Counted from the first letter of the stretch, positions 1 through 9,415 are shown. The stretch: 64,000 nt of DNA from Bacteriovoracaceae bacterium (GCA_048270185.1 JBLWTJ010000003.1:320001-384000); one strand, 5' to 3'. Program-made: numbers and translations. Notes: generated from the sequence alone by a model not told the origin.

Positions 1-1256
1 TCCTTACTTCCAAGTAGGCGTACACGATTGGTACGATGTCCTTTATCTGGAGAGTTCTTATTCATAAATGTATAATCGAGATCTTTGGACTTAGAATTAA
101 GCCTTGCACGGCGGCTGTTAATTTTAAATTTTTGCTGCTGATATTCTTTTCTTTCACGACTTTTTAGTGATTTTGTTGCATCGACGTCTGCATTTTTGAA
201 ATCAACATAGAGATTGTAAGTATCAAGAACAAAGAGTTCATCTTCGTTGTCTTTGATTTCTTTTATCATTGATGAATCATTTATTAATGTTTTAAAAAGC
301 TCAAGTTGATTATCATCCATCGCTTCATAACGTGATTTAAGCTTTGTATAAGAAGCAGGTCTAAGTCGTACGTCTTTAACGATATCTTCTTGGTCAAAAA
401 GGGCATAGAGAGTATCAACAGGGGGAACTGTCACTCCAATTGCATCCATGAGTTTCCATTCCGGTTTTATCGCATCGAGAAAGGAGAGAATATGATAAGA
501 ACAATTCTCTGAAAAATAGAGATAGTCAAAGTAGGCGCGATTCATCTCAAAGAGATGGGCCTGAAAGTAGGCTATATCTTTTGCATTTAAATTTAATTTA
601 TAATCCCAAAGATCACGGGACTCCATATTATTATACTCTTTAACTTTTACGTAGTACGGCATCATCGAGTATTCACCACGGAAGCCTCCAAAGATTCCTT
701 TTATTCCGTAGATAAGAGGATTGACCGTATCAACTTTTGCTGCAAAGTCGACGCCGTAATCGAGTAGATCATTATTTTCTTTAGTTGATGATTTAGAGCG
801 AAGTCTAAAAAATGTATGACCAAATGTTGAGGCCGGCTTCTCAATGAAGTACGAAGAGAAGATAATTGAAACCGAATCTAAGTCGATTTTCTTAATATAG
901 GCTTGATAGGCCGGACAATTTTTTAAATTAATTGATTTTGAAATCAGTCCTGCCTTTTTTAAAAGCATGACTCTTGCTGGATAGAGGCATTTTGGGTGTC
1001 CATCCATATTTTGCAAATTCTTTGAATTGATCCCATTAATTGTAGCTTCTAGCTCCTTTAGTGGAGACTCCATACCTTCACTTGAGAGGAAGTATTCTTT
1101 TGCTTTTACTTGTGATTTTTCTCCAAAGACACTGCTTTGATAGCGCATTAATTTTATCCATTCTTCTGATTTAGCAAAACTTTGAATTTTGTTAGTTTGA
1201 GCACTTAGGTTAGAAGAAAGCAGAATAAGTGAAAGAAATAGTAGGGGTTTTATCAT
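1..1256 (-). CDS. DUF4105 (Lnb N-terminal-like) domain exported protein; 3' end runs off the window
   Basis: Not in the ORF track. Manual translation from ATG at 1256: MIKPLLFLSLILLSSNLSAQ (signal peptide) ... CLYPAR ... PASTFGHTFFRL ... YNNMESRDLWDYKL ... YLYFSENCSY, the FGH and NC motifs typical of DUF4105. Lies downstream of a DUF3015 gene. Confidence 0.8.
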   Translation of the reverse strand, partial: MIKPLLFLSLILLSSNLSAQTNKIQSFAKSEEWIKLMRYQSSVFGEKSQVKAKEYFLSSEGMESPLKELEATINGINSKNLQNMDGHPKCLYPARVMLLKKAGLISKSINLKNCPAYQAYIKKIDLDSVSIIFSSYFIEKPASTFGHTFFRLRSKSSTKENNDLLDYGVDFAAKVDTVNPLIYGIKGIFGGFRGEYSMMPYYVKVKEYNNMESRDLWDYKLNLNAKDIAYFQAHLFEMNRAYFDYLYFSENCSYHILSFLDAIKPEWKLMDAIGVTVPPVDTLYALFDQEDIVKDVRLRPASYTKLKSRYEAMDDNQLELFKTLINDSSMIKEIKDNEDELFVLDTYNLYVDFKNADVDATKSLKSRERKEYQQQKFKINSRRARLNSKSKDLDYTFMNKNSPDKGHRTNRVRLLGSK

Positions 1257-1270
1257 TAGAAACTTTTGGC

Positions 1271-1299
1271 AAAAAAAGGTATCCACCGTAGTGGATACC
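1271..1299 (-). terminator. Intrinsic terminator between the DUF3015 and DUF4105 genes
   Basis: Minus strand reads GGTATCCAC-TACG-GTGGATACC followed by T7. Confidence 0.7.
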
Positions 1300-1311
1300 A
1301 TGAAAATAAAA

Positions 1312-1743
1312 TTAGATAGCAAGAACAGCTTTAATGTTATTGTGGATCATTTCCGCATCAGCATTTTCAGCAAAGATCTTGTCAAAGTTTTTCTTAAGAA
1401 CTGCTTTATTAGCATTCTTAGCATCAACTAGAGCAAGGTAAGCGTTTAAGCTTTCACCTTCACCACGTGCAATATCTGAAGATAGTGCAACCATGTTGTT
1501 TTCTACAAAAGATACAGCAGAAACTCTTGCTGATTTTGCATCTTCACAACCAAGAGTACCAGTTGACATTGCAAATGTCTGGTTACCAAATGTACCGTTA
1601 GTAGTAGCTGCAAGTACGTTCATAACTAGTCCTGACTTACCTTGGAAGATAACCGAACCAAGACCACAACCAGCTGGCCCGTGAGCAGCTAGAGCAGAAA
1701 ATGAAAGTGCTGAAAAAGCAACTGCGCATAATAGTTTTTTCAT
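1312..1743 (-). CDS. DUF3015 family secreted protein
   Basis: GPAGCGLGS...LAATTNGTFGNQTFAMSTGTLGC pattern and a signal peptide. Start moved to ATG 1743 because AAGGAG lies at 1751-1756. Confidence 0.8.
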   Translation of the reverse strand: MKKLLCAVAFSALSFSALAAHGPAGCGLGSVIFQGKSGLVMNVLAATTNGTFGNQTFAMSTGTLGCEDAKSARVSAVSFVENNMVALSSDIARGEGESLNAYLALVDAKNANKAVLKKNFDKIFAENADAEMIHNNIKAVLAI

Positions 1744-1844
1744 CAATAAACTCCTTAATATTGAGGTTTGTAATTTCAATACATAAAGTTTATATGAATC
1801 AAGAAAAATGTAAATTAAAATTCAAAATTTATAACCTTTAGAAA

Positions 1845-1871
1845 TAGTCGGATAAATTTAGAAAAATTTAA
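1845..1871 (-). promoter_or_regulatory. Possible sigma28 (FliA)-type promoter for the DUF3015 gene
   Basis: TTAAA-N15-CCGACTA on the minus strand. Confidence 0.35.
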
Positions 1872-3251
1872 TTATAGAATCGTCCGTTGTAGAGCCTTAA
1901 GTGGATCTTTAAAGTTACCTTGGTTATAAACTTCCTTAATTTCTCTAAAGATATTGAGTAGGTTTTTCTTTCCGCCGGCCGTAGTTGTCAGCTTTAAGAT
2001 ATAGTTATTTGCCAAGATGAAGGCACATGAGTGGGCCGTTAATTTATTTGTACTTAGTTTATTAGGGAAACCATCACCTTTAGGTTTTTCATGGTGTTGA
2101 GCGACAACAAAGTCGGCTTCAGGGTATCCAGTAAAGTATTGTGCAATCTCAGCGGCCTTAAGTGGATGGACACGATAATTTTCCTGCTCACTTTCCTTAA
2201 ACATTTTAAGCTGCGGGTCTTCAAGTGATTGAATCGAAGCCAGATCTTCATTTTCTAACATCGAATCATAGAGTAGGGCCGCAAGACCAAGTTTCTTCTT
2301 TGATGTTTCCGAGGCCCAACCTAGAGCTTGTAGGATGAAGTGTGAAAGATACAGCGTCATAATAGATTGCGTTGCAATATCGATTGATCCCTTTGGAAAG
2401 AGATCTAATACATTTCTGTACTTCTTGTTTTCAAGAATAATATCACGACTACACATGATGACTTCATCACATAACTTAATGACATTATCTGAGACACCAA
2501 CTGTTTTTACATATTGGTGAATGAGTAGAACTGACTTAATTTGATTCTCAATGACCTCTTGTTGCTTAATCTTCTTCTTACTTTCAAAAGTTTCAAGAAG
2601 TTTTTCAATACCTTCTTCTAGGAATTTTAAATAGTCATTTTTCTTTAAGTAGAGAACTTTAATATTCTTTCTGGCATAAGAGTGAATTGTTGCATGAGAA
2701 TACTTCTTATTGGCCGAGATAATCTTCGTATACTTTGTTTGAGTAAGTTCGAGGTAAACATCGTAGGCGAGGGTATCGAATAGATAGAACCCACGAATTT
2801 TCATTGGTAGTAAATCTTCTTCTTCGAACTCTTCAATACTTGAGCCAAAGTCTTCACTTTTTACCCAAGCAAGGGCCTTGTTGACGGCGGCCATAAAGTC
2901 TTCTTCTTCAATAGGTCTAAAGAGGGCCGAACTTGATTCACTTCGTGCATAGAGTGCGTCAGGAATCTTTTGTTTGATCATTGCTTCCATTCCGATGAAG
3001 ATGAAAGGTCGCTGGCCAGTGATCGAGAGAATTTTTCCTGCCAGTTGTGAAGGGTCTTCATTCTTTAGTGCCACTTCAATAATGATCATGGCAAATGGTC
3101 CTTCAAAACTTAAAAGATCGATGGCATCGTCTCCACTGATTGCACAGTGAAGTTGGATATCTGGAAAACAATTCGAGAAGGAATCTCTAATATATCCCCA
3201 CTCATCTTTCTCGTCACAAATATACAATGCTTTCAAATCAAACCTCTTCAT
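1872..3251 (-). CDS. Degenerate receiver + HD-GYP-like domain protein
   Basis: N-terminal receiver-like fold (IIIEVAL, FRPI). C-terminal ALLYD and QHHEKPKGDGFP correspond to the HD and HHExxDGxGYP motifs. Confidence 0.7.
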   Translation of the reverse strand: MKRFDLKALYICDEKDEWGYIRDSFSNCFPDIQLHCAISGDDAIDLLSFEGPFAMIIIEVALKNEDPSQLAGKILSITGQRPFIFIGMEAMIKQKIPDALYARSESSSALFRPIEEEDFMAAVNKALAWVKSEDFGSSIEEFEEEDLLPMKIRGFYLFDTLAYDVYLELTQTKYTKIISANKKYSHATIHSYARKNIKVLYLKKNDYLKFLEEGIEKLLETFESKKKIKQQEVIENQIKSVLLIHQYVKTVGVSDNVIKLCDEVIMCSRDIILENKKYRNVLDLFPKGSIDIATQSIMTLYLSHFILQALGWASETSKKKLGLAALLYDSMLENEDLASIQSLEDPQLKMFKESEQENYRVHPLKAAEIAQYFTGYPEADFVVAQHHEKPKGDGFPNKLSTNKLTAHSCAFILANNYILKLTTTAGGKKNLLNIFREIKEVYNQGNFKDPLKALQRTIL

Positions 3252-3404
3252 TCATTATTTCAACTTTTATACGGTACTCATCGGTAAGTTATTGAAATAA
3301 TAAAATTTAGTTAGTATAAAAAATCAATAATCAAACGTTTATTATACAATGTTTCGACTTTTTAAGATGAATAATTTTGATTAAACTATTTTAAAGGGGT
3401 TAGC

Positions 3405-4037
3405 ATGGATCAAAGAATCACGAATCTTGTAAAAGAGATGATAAAAATTGGCTTAATTAAAGTTTCACCACAAAATCCATTTAAGTATGCCTCTGGTAAA
3501 ACTGGACCAATCTACTGTGATAATCGAGTTATGTCTTCAAACCCTCAGATGTGGAAGCAGGCCATTGAACTTTTGTCTGAAAAAATTAATGTTAACCATC
3601 TTAAGTATGACTTTATTACTGGTGTTGCCACGGCCGGTATTTCCCATGCCGCAGCTTTGGCCTTTCTAAGAGGCGAGCCAATGAACTACGTACGCTCAAA
3701 GCCAAAAGATCATGGCACTGGCAAGATTATTGAGGGGAAGGTTGGCCAAACTAGTAGGCTTTTATTGGTCGAAGATTTAGTTAATCAGGGCTCTAGTATT
3801 GCAAAGGTGATTAATCTCATACGAAACTCGGGACATATCGTGGAAGATGTACTTTGCTTAGTCAATTATCAGACTCCGCAGGCTAAAATTCATGCAAAAG
3901 AGCTTGGAATAAACATCTTTTCATTAATAAATTTAGAAGAATTAGCCGATATCTGTCTGACGCAGACATTAATTAATGAGCAGGAACATAAACTTCTGTT
4001 AAAATGGCAGCAAGATCCAGATAACTGGCAAATTTAA
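3405..4037 (+). CDS. pyrE: Orotate phosphoribosyltransferase
   Basis: ASGKTGPIYCDNR, YVRSKPKDHG and the PRPP-binding motif LLVEDLVNQGSS. Confidence 0.9.
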   Translation: MDQRITNLVKEMIKIGLIKVSPQNPFKYASGKTGPIYCDNRVMSSNPQMWKQAIELLSEKINVNHLKYDFITGVATAGISHAAALAFLRGEPMNYVRSKPKDHGTGKIIEGKVGQTSRLLLVEDLVNQGSSIAKVINLIRNSGHIVEDVLCLVNYQTPQAKIHAKELGINIFSLINLEELADICLTQTLINEQEHKLLLKWQQDPDNWQI

Positions 4038-4167
4038 TGCAACGCTGTGCGCTTTAGACGCAAGACGTGTCGACAGATTTGATAAAAAATTATATGTATC
4101 TACTTAATTTAATTCGTATTTAATAACGTGTTTAAGTTATATCCAACTTAAATTTTGGAGGAATAAA

Positions 4168-5439
4168 ATGGCCGAAAGTGCAAAAATTGAAATCAATGGT
4201 CAAACTATTGAAGTTCCTGTTCTAAAAGGAACTGAAAATGAGGTCGCATTAGACATCTCGAAGTTAAGAGCACAGACTGGTGCAATTACTTTAGATATTG
4301 GTTTTGTTAACACAGGATCATGTACATCAAAAATTACTTTTCTTGATGGTGAAAAAGGTATCCTAAGATACCGTGGTTATCCGATTGAGCAACTTGCTGA
4401 ATCATCTAACTTTTCTGAAGTTTCTTACCTTCTTTATAATGGTGAGCTACCAACATCTGCTCAACTTCAAGCTTTTAATAAAGAAATCTCTGCTGCTAGT
4501 AAGCTACCAGGCGGTGTTGAAAAGATCATCGATCAATTCCCTGGATCGGCTCACCCAATGGGTGTCCTAGCTGCTGCTATTTCTTCTCTAAGTGGATTCT
4601 ACCCAGAATTCCTTAATCCAGAAGCGACTGAAGAAATCAAGAACAAAGCAATTGTTCAAATGATGGGACAAGTAAAAGTTATGATGGCACAATTCTATCG
4701 CAAGTCGATGGGAAAAAGCCCACTGGCATCAAATGCTAAACTTTCTTACTCAGCAGATTTCCTAAATCTTATGTTTGACGGTGAAGTAGACCAAGACGTT
4801 GCAGACGCTCTTGATACTCTTCTAATCCTTCACGCAGACCATGAGCAAAACTGTTCAGCTTCAACTGTAAGAGTTGTCGGTTCTTCACACGCTAACGTAT
4901 TTGCTTCTATTGCAGCTGGTGTAACAGCTCTTTGGGGACAATTACACGGTGGTGCAAACCAAGCTGTACTTGAGATGCTTGAAGAGATTAAGAAAGATGG
5001 TGGTGACTATCAAAAATTCATTGAAAAAGCCAAGGATAAAGATGATCCATTCCGTCTAATGGGATTTGGACACAGAGTTTATAAGAACTTTGATCCACGT
5101 GCAAAGATCATCAAGAAAGCTTGTGACACAATTCTTACTAAGCTTGATATCCAAGACCCACTTCTTGATATTGCAAAAGGTCTTGAAGAAGTTGCTCTTA
5201 AAGATGAGTACTTCGTTAAGCGTAACCTATATCCAAACGTAGACTTCTACTCTGGTATCATCTACAAAGCTCTTGGAATCCCAACTAATATGTTTACTGC
5301 AATGTTCGTATTAGGACGTCTTCCAGGTTGGCTATCTCAGTGGAAAGAACTAAGAGAAGACGGAGCTCGTATTTCTCGTCCACGCCAAGTTTATATTGGT
5401 GAGAATGAAAGAGATTACACTCCAGTTACTAAACGATAA
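4168..5439 (+). CDS. gltA: Citrate synthase (type II)
   Basis: ILHADHEQNCS, LWGQLHGGAN, LMGFGHRVYKNFDPRA, YPNVDFYSG; GGAGG RBS. Confidence 0.97.
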   Translation: MAESAKIEINGQTIEVPVLKGTENEVALDISKLRAQTGAITLDIGFVNTGSCTSKITFLDGEKGILRYRGYPIEQLAESSNFSEVSYLLYNGELPTSAQLQAFNKEISAASKLPGGVEKIIDQFPGSAHPMGVLAAAISSLSGFYPEFLNPEATEEIKNKAIVQMMGQVKVMMAQFYRKSMGKSPLASNAKLSYSADFLNLMFDGEVDQDVADALDTLLILHADHEQNCSASTVRVVGSSHANVFASIAAGVTALWGQLHGGANQAVLEMLEEIKKDGGDYQKFIEKAKDKDDPFRLMGFGHRVYKNFDPRAKIIKKACDTILTKLDIQDPLLDIAKGLEEVALKDEYFVKRNLYPNVDFYSGIIYKALGIPTNMFTAMFVLGRLPGWLSQWKELREDGARISRPRQVYIGENERDYTPVTKR

Positions 5440-5463
5440 TAACGTTTAAAAAAGTAATATAAG

Positions 5464-5489
5464 AAGGCCTCTTAATAGAGGCCTTTTTT
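5464..5489 (+). terminator. Intrinsic terminator after gltA
   Basis: AAGGCCTCT-TAAT-AGAGGCCTT followed by a T-tract. Confidence 0.8.
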
Positions 5490-5512
5490 ATATCAAAAAA
5501 TGAGAGAGAAGA

Positions 5513-6553
5513 ATGTTTAATTACGATGAGATTTTAAAGAGTTTACTGAATCCAAATTTAAATAAGCAGCAACTTGCTAAGCTTATCAATACGCAGTCGA
5601 TTCAATTTACGGCCGAAAGAACTAAGCTTAAAAATAATTATAGTGATGCTGATCTCATTAGTGCTTATACTTCTTTCTACTTTCCAACAAATGCTCTTAA
5701 ACTTGAATTTCTAGTTGAGCAACTTGATGAGGCGACAATTAACGCCATTTCAAAAACTGAAATTATCGATATGGGAACAGGCCCTGGAACTTATGCCTTT
5801 GCTGCCGCTGAACTTTTTAAAGATTCTCCTCTTATTATCGGTGTCGATGAGAATGAGTTGATGCTTGAGCAGGCGAATAAATTAAATGATGAAATTTTTA
5901 AAGATGAGCGTATAAGCTTCACGAATAAACTACCGGCCCAAGAATCGAGTACTGAAGCTCCTCGTACACTTATTTTTGGAAATGCTATTAATGAGATGGG
6001 AATGCCTTACGCTTTCAAGATGATTAAGCGCTACAATCCTAAATTCATTATTTGTATTGAGCCTGGAACGAGTGAAGTCTTTAAAGAGATGCTTGCTCTT
6101 AGAAAGAAGATTCTACTTATTGATTATAAGATTCAATTTCCATGTATGGGGCAGGGGAAATGTCCTCTAGAAGGCACGCCTGATTGGTGTCACCAGTCGA
6201 TTAAGACTTCTCTCGATTTTGAGTTAGAGTCTCTTTCACAAGTTGCTAAGCTAGATCGTAAGGTCATGCCTGCAACAATTCATTTCTATGCTGCCACAGA
6301 TGAAGCTAAGGAAGCAAAAGGCCAAGCTCGTATTACGCGCCTTAAACGCATCGTTAAACATGCCTTTCTTTGGGAAGTGTGTACAAATGAAAACCAAGTT
6401 GTGACTCTTGAAGTTCCAAAGAAGCTCTTTAAGAAGAAAGAGATAAAAGAGTTAGAAGCAATTTCTTCTGGTCTTGGTGTGAATTACACTGTTGAAAAAG
6501 AACTTTCAGATGGTAGCCTACGAGTGAAAAGTATTGAGATAGTGGAGTCATAA
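5513..6553 (+). CDS. Rsm22-family SAM-dependent methyltransferase
   Basis: AYTSFYFP, IIDMGTGPGT, IEPGT, and the Cys cluster FPC...CPL....WCH. Confidence 0.7.
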   Translation: MFNYDEILKSLLNPNLNKQQLAKLINTQSIQFTAERTKLKNNYSDADLISAYTSFYFPTNALKLEFLVEQLDEATINAISKTEIIDMGTGPGTYAFAAAELFKDSPLIIGVDENELMLEQANKLNDEIFKDERISFTNKLPAQESSTEAPRTLIFGNAINEMGMPYAFKMIKRYNPKFIICIEPGTSEVFKEMLALRKKILLIDYKIQFPCMGQGKCPLEGTPDWCHQSIKTSLDFELESLSQVAKLDRKVMPATIHFYAATDEAKEAKGQARITRLKRIVKHAFLWEVCTNENQVVTLEVPKKLFKKKEIKELEAISSGLGVNYTVEKELSDGSLRVKSIEIVES

Positions 6554-6563
6554 GACTCCACTA
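6540..6563. terminator. Hairpin between convergent genes
   Basis: TAGTGGAGTC-ATAA-GACTCCACTA perfect stem overlapping a stop codon. Confidence 0.55.
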
Positions 6564-6580
6564 AGTATTTTTTGATGGTT

Positions 6581-7093
6581 TTATTTACTTGCTGGAAATC
6601 TCTTATCCGAAGTCATTGGGATAATACTTTCTAGTTTTACCGATTCTTTAAATTCAGAAATATCCATATTGTTAATTTTGTTCTTTCCTAAGATATAGGT
6701 TTTTTTAGAAATTGAATTAACCATATAGGCCGAATCAAGTTGTGCTAATAATTTATTTCTCTTAGCTTCAAGCTTTGTAATATATGCTTTTGTTGCAATG
6801 TAATTTCTCTCTTTAGCTCCTGTTACGCCTCCTACTGGGGCCCATAAGACAGATGCCGGCCAGAATAATAGGTTGGCAATACCAAGTCCTACGTTACCAT
6901 TATAAAAGTCACCAATACCTGGAAGTACATTTAGGACCGCCGCAGTTGCTTCATTCTTTTCTTCAACCATTATTCCTTTCGACTCCCATTCTGCTAGATC
7001 TTGTCTTTGCTGTGAAGTAACAGTCGCACAACTTGTCATCAAAAGAGCTAGTGAAATAGTGATTAATTTTGTACTTGAAAGTTTCTTTAACAT
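6581..7093 (-). CDS. Hypothetical lipoprotein with a TM2-like hydrophobic segment
   Basis: Lipobox-like MTSC; AAVLNVLPGIGDFYNGNVGLGIANLLFWP; GGGG RBS. Confidence 0.6.
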   Translation of the reverse strand: MLKKLSSTKLITISLALLMTSCATVTSQQRQDLAEWESKGIMVEEKNEATAAVLNVLPGIGDFYNGNVGLGIANLLFWPASVLWAPVGGVTGAKERNYIATKAYITKLEAKRNKLLAQLDSAYMVNSISKKTYILGKNKINNMDISEFKESVKLESIIPMTSDKRFPASK

Positions 7094-7121
7094 TTATCCC
7101 CCATATATTGTTTGTTACTTA

Positions 7122-7149
7122 ATTTCGGTCGTGGGATATTTTAACTTTA
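7122..7149 (-). promoter_or_regulatory. Sigma28 (FliA)-type promoter candidate
   Basis: TAAAG-N16-CCGAAAT on the minus strand, about 30 nt upstream of the start at 7093. Confidence 0.5.
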
Positions 7150-7261
7150 GTAAGAACTTCAATGATTTTAGTGACTTATACGTAAAATGAAGATGTAAAC
7201 TACAGCTTTGTATTTTAAGTGACTGAATTATCAAAGACGATAAAAATGGGGTTGTGAAAAA

Positions 7262-7687
7262 TTATTTTTTACTTTTTAGGGCCTTTACTTCAAAGATAAT
7301 CTTTTCCTTATCCATTGTGAAGTGAGGCATCTCTAAGATTGGCGCGAGAACATCCCTGGCAAGTTTTTGCATTTCAGGTGTCTCTAAGATGGCCATGAGT
7401 TTATTGATTTCTTCTTCGGAATATTTTTGCTTAATACGGTTCTTGATTTCTTCTTTAATATTTACATAAGTTGTATTCGATTCAATGATCTCTTCAAGTT
7501 TTTTATTATCTAAACTCTTGGCCGATTTTTCGATGAGCTGGCGTTTTACATAGTCAGCACGCTCTTTAGAGTCACTAATGAGATATTTCTCTTTTAAAAG
7601 AATATCGGCGATGTAATTAATCTTATTTTCAAGTTTTGCAAAAGCAGTTTGAGAAAATAGTAGAAGAGTTGTGATAAGAATTTTCAT
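7262..7687 (-). CDS. Hypothetical secreted helical protein (DUF2059-like end)
   Basis: Signal peptide MKILITTLLLFSQTAFA from ATG 7687; KYSEEEINKLMAILETPEMQKL resembles DUF2059. Confidence 0.55.
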   Translation of the reverse strand: MKILITTLLLFSQTAFAKLENKINYIADILLKEKYLISDSKERADYVKRQLIEKSAKSLDNKKLEEIIESNTTYVNIKEEIKNRIKQKYSEEEINKLMAILETPEMQKLARDVLAPILEMPHFTMDKEKIIFEVKALKSKK

Positions 7688-7702
7688 TCTTAAATTATAA
7701 AC

Positions 7703-7731
7703 AAAAAAGCCTCCCAATGGGAGGCTTTCTT
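7703..7731 (-). terminator. Intrinsic terminator after rpmE
   Basis: AAAGCCTCCC-AAT-GGGAGGCTTT with an A-tract on the left, i.e. a T-tract on the minus strand. Confidence 0.8.
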
Positions 7732-7759
7732 TATATAGGAAAAATAAAATCTTATAAGA

Positions 7760-8026
7760 TTATTTTTTCTTTCCAAGTGAAGCGTATGAAGAACCAAATT
7801 TCTTTCTGAATTTATCGATACGACCTTCAGTATCAAGTACTTTTTGCTTACCTGTATAGAATGGGTGAGATGCACTTGAGATATCAAGTTTCACGTATGG
7901 GTAAACTGTCCCTTCGTGCTCAAGTTCAGCGTCAGCCTTAATTGTTGATCTTGTGATGAATTTTAAATCTGCAGAAATGTCATGGAAAAGAACATCTCTA
8001 TACTCTGGGTGGATACCTTTTTTCAT
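7760..8026 (-). CDS. rpmE: 50S ribosomal protein L31 type B
   Basis: [16 protein letters not shown]...[15 protein letters not shown]...[10 protein letters not shown]; no Zn-binding cysteines. Confidence 0.95.
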   Translation of the reverse strand: MKKGIHPEYRDVLFHDISADLKFITRSTIKADAELEHEGTVYPYVKLDISSASHPFYTGKQKVLDTEGRIDKFRKKFGSSYASLGKKK

Positions 8027-8136
8027 TTTAAACCTCTTTTCTTCGCATTGCTTGTTACAACGCTATTTTTTTATCCGTTTAATCTACATTTGAGATTTGA
8101 GCAATTTCGCCTATATAGGACCATTTGTCAAGCTTG

Positions 8137-8433
8137 TTAGTGGGCACTGCAAGAACTACAGCCTCCTCCCGACTTATCTGTAGGATCACTGAATTGCCAA
8201 TGCCCATAATTTTCATTGATACAGGCAATAGCCTCTTTTAAAGAGCTGAAATCACGTTGAAAAACTTCAATATCCTCACCATCAATTACTGTCACTGAGT
8301 AGAGAATGATTTGTTCAAGCTTCCCATTGGACTCCAGAAGGTCTCCGGTCATCCCGATGAAGGCCTTGAAATGCTCACTATTGTAGTGGGCAAAGTTCCA
8401 ATTTTTAAGATTTACGAAGTTTTGTGTATCCAT
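8137..8433 (-). CDS. Hypothetical protein with C-terminal CxxCxxH
   Basis: 98-aa ORF ending GGGCSSCSAH. Confidence 0.6.
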   Translation of the reverse strand: MDTQNFVNLKNWNFAHYNSEHFKAFIGMTGDLLESNGKLEQIILYSVTVIDGEDIEVFQRDFSSLKEAIACINENYGHWQFSDPTDKSGGGCSSCSAH

Positions 8434-8553
8434 GCAGTATTTTTAGCAGTTGGCCCTTGCCATGACAATGTATTTCTAGTAAGTTTCTTACCTACGATTA
8501 GTAGTTACAATTGATATAAGAATTTAAGTTTATATATTTTTTAGGAGGCAATT

Positions 8554-8730
8554 ATGGCAAAGGGGCCAAGAGTAATTATCACACTTGAGTGTACTGAAGC
8601 GAGAAAGAATGGACAAACTCCATCTCGTTATACAACAACTAAGAACAAGAAAACTCACCCAGAGAGACTTGAAGTTAAGAAGTACAATCCTTTCTTAAGA
8701 AAGCACACTCTTCACAAAGAAATCAAATAA
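8554..8730 (+). CDS. rpmG: 50S ribosomal protein L33
   Basis: Missing from the ORF track (58 aa): [67 protein letters not shown]. Confidence 0.95.
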   Translation: MAKGPRVIITLECTEARKNGQTPSRYTTTKNKKTHPERLEVKKYNPFLRKHTLHKEIK

Positions 8731-8759
8731 TCTAATCTTTAAGATTTAGAATTATATTG

Positions 8760-8790
8760 AAAGGCCCAACTCATTGAGTGGGCCTTTTTT
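8760..8790 (+). terminator. Intrinsic terminator after rpmG
   Basis: AAGGCCCAACTC-ATT-GAGTGGGCCTTTTTT. Confidence 0.8.
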
Positions 8791-8879
8791 GTTTGTTCGA
8801 TAAACAATAATCTTTACAAAGAAACAACGCCAGGCGTCGCTTTGTGGTAGATTCCCTTAAATTTTAAAAAGAGGGAATT

Positions 8880-9407
8880 ATGAAGAAAATGACACTAAAG
8901 GCAGTTCTATGCCTAACACTCACTATTTCAGCACTTGGATCAACTTGTGCCGATCAGTATGGTCAGGCCATCACTAAGTTTGAAAATTCTAAATTCAGAA
9001 ATGCTTCATCAAATACACATACCTTAATTCATGCTGTATCTGCTTATGGCCTAGTTAGCCTTGGAGCGGCGGTACTTCCTGCGTATTTTGCATACCCTGT
9101 GGTTATTAAGCTTATCGTGGCAAATCAGAAAAAGCTGCAATTCTACACGGATTTATTTTCTGAAGGGAAGGCATCAGAGCAGGCCCTTGAAGAAATTATG
9201 GCCATGCTTGAAAAGAAAGGTGTATCTGTTGAAGCTGATCTTGTTAAGAATGAATTAGACTACTTAAATGAATCAGGTGCACTATGTGATGGTTCAATCT
9301 TTAAGCGTAAGCAAAATTATGGGCCACGTGGTAATCGTAAAGAGACGGCCATTAAGGTTCCATCAAAATCAATGCTGGTTCGTCACTTAAAGAAAACACT
9401 AAAATAA
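8880..9407 (+). CDS. Hypothetical exported/membrane protein
   Basis: Signal peptide, an internal hydrophobic stretch, GAGGG RBS and its own terminator. Confidence 0.6.
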   Translation: MKKMTLKAVLCLTLTISALGSTCADQYGQAITKFENSKFRNASSNTHTLIHAVSAYGLVSLGAAVLPAYFAYPVVIKLIVANQKKLQFYTDLFSEGKASEQALEEIMAMLEKKGVSVEADLVKNELDYLNESGALCDGSIFKRKQNYGPRGNRKETAIKVPSKSMLVRHLKKTLK

Positions 9408-9415
9408 TCAAAAAT

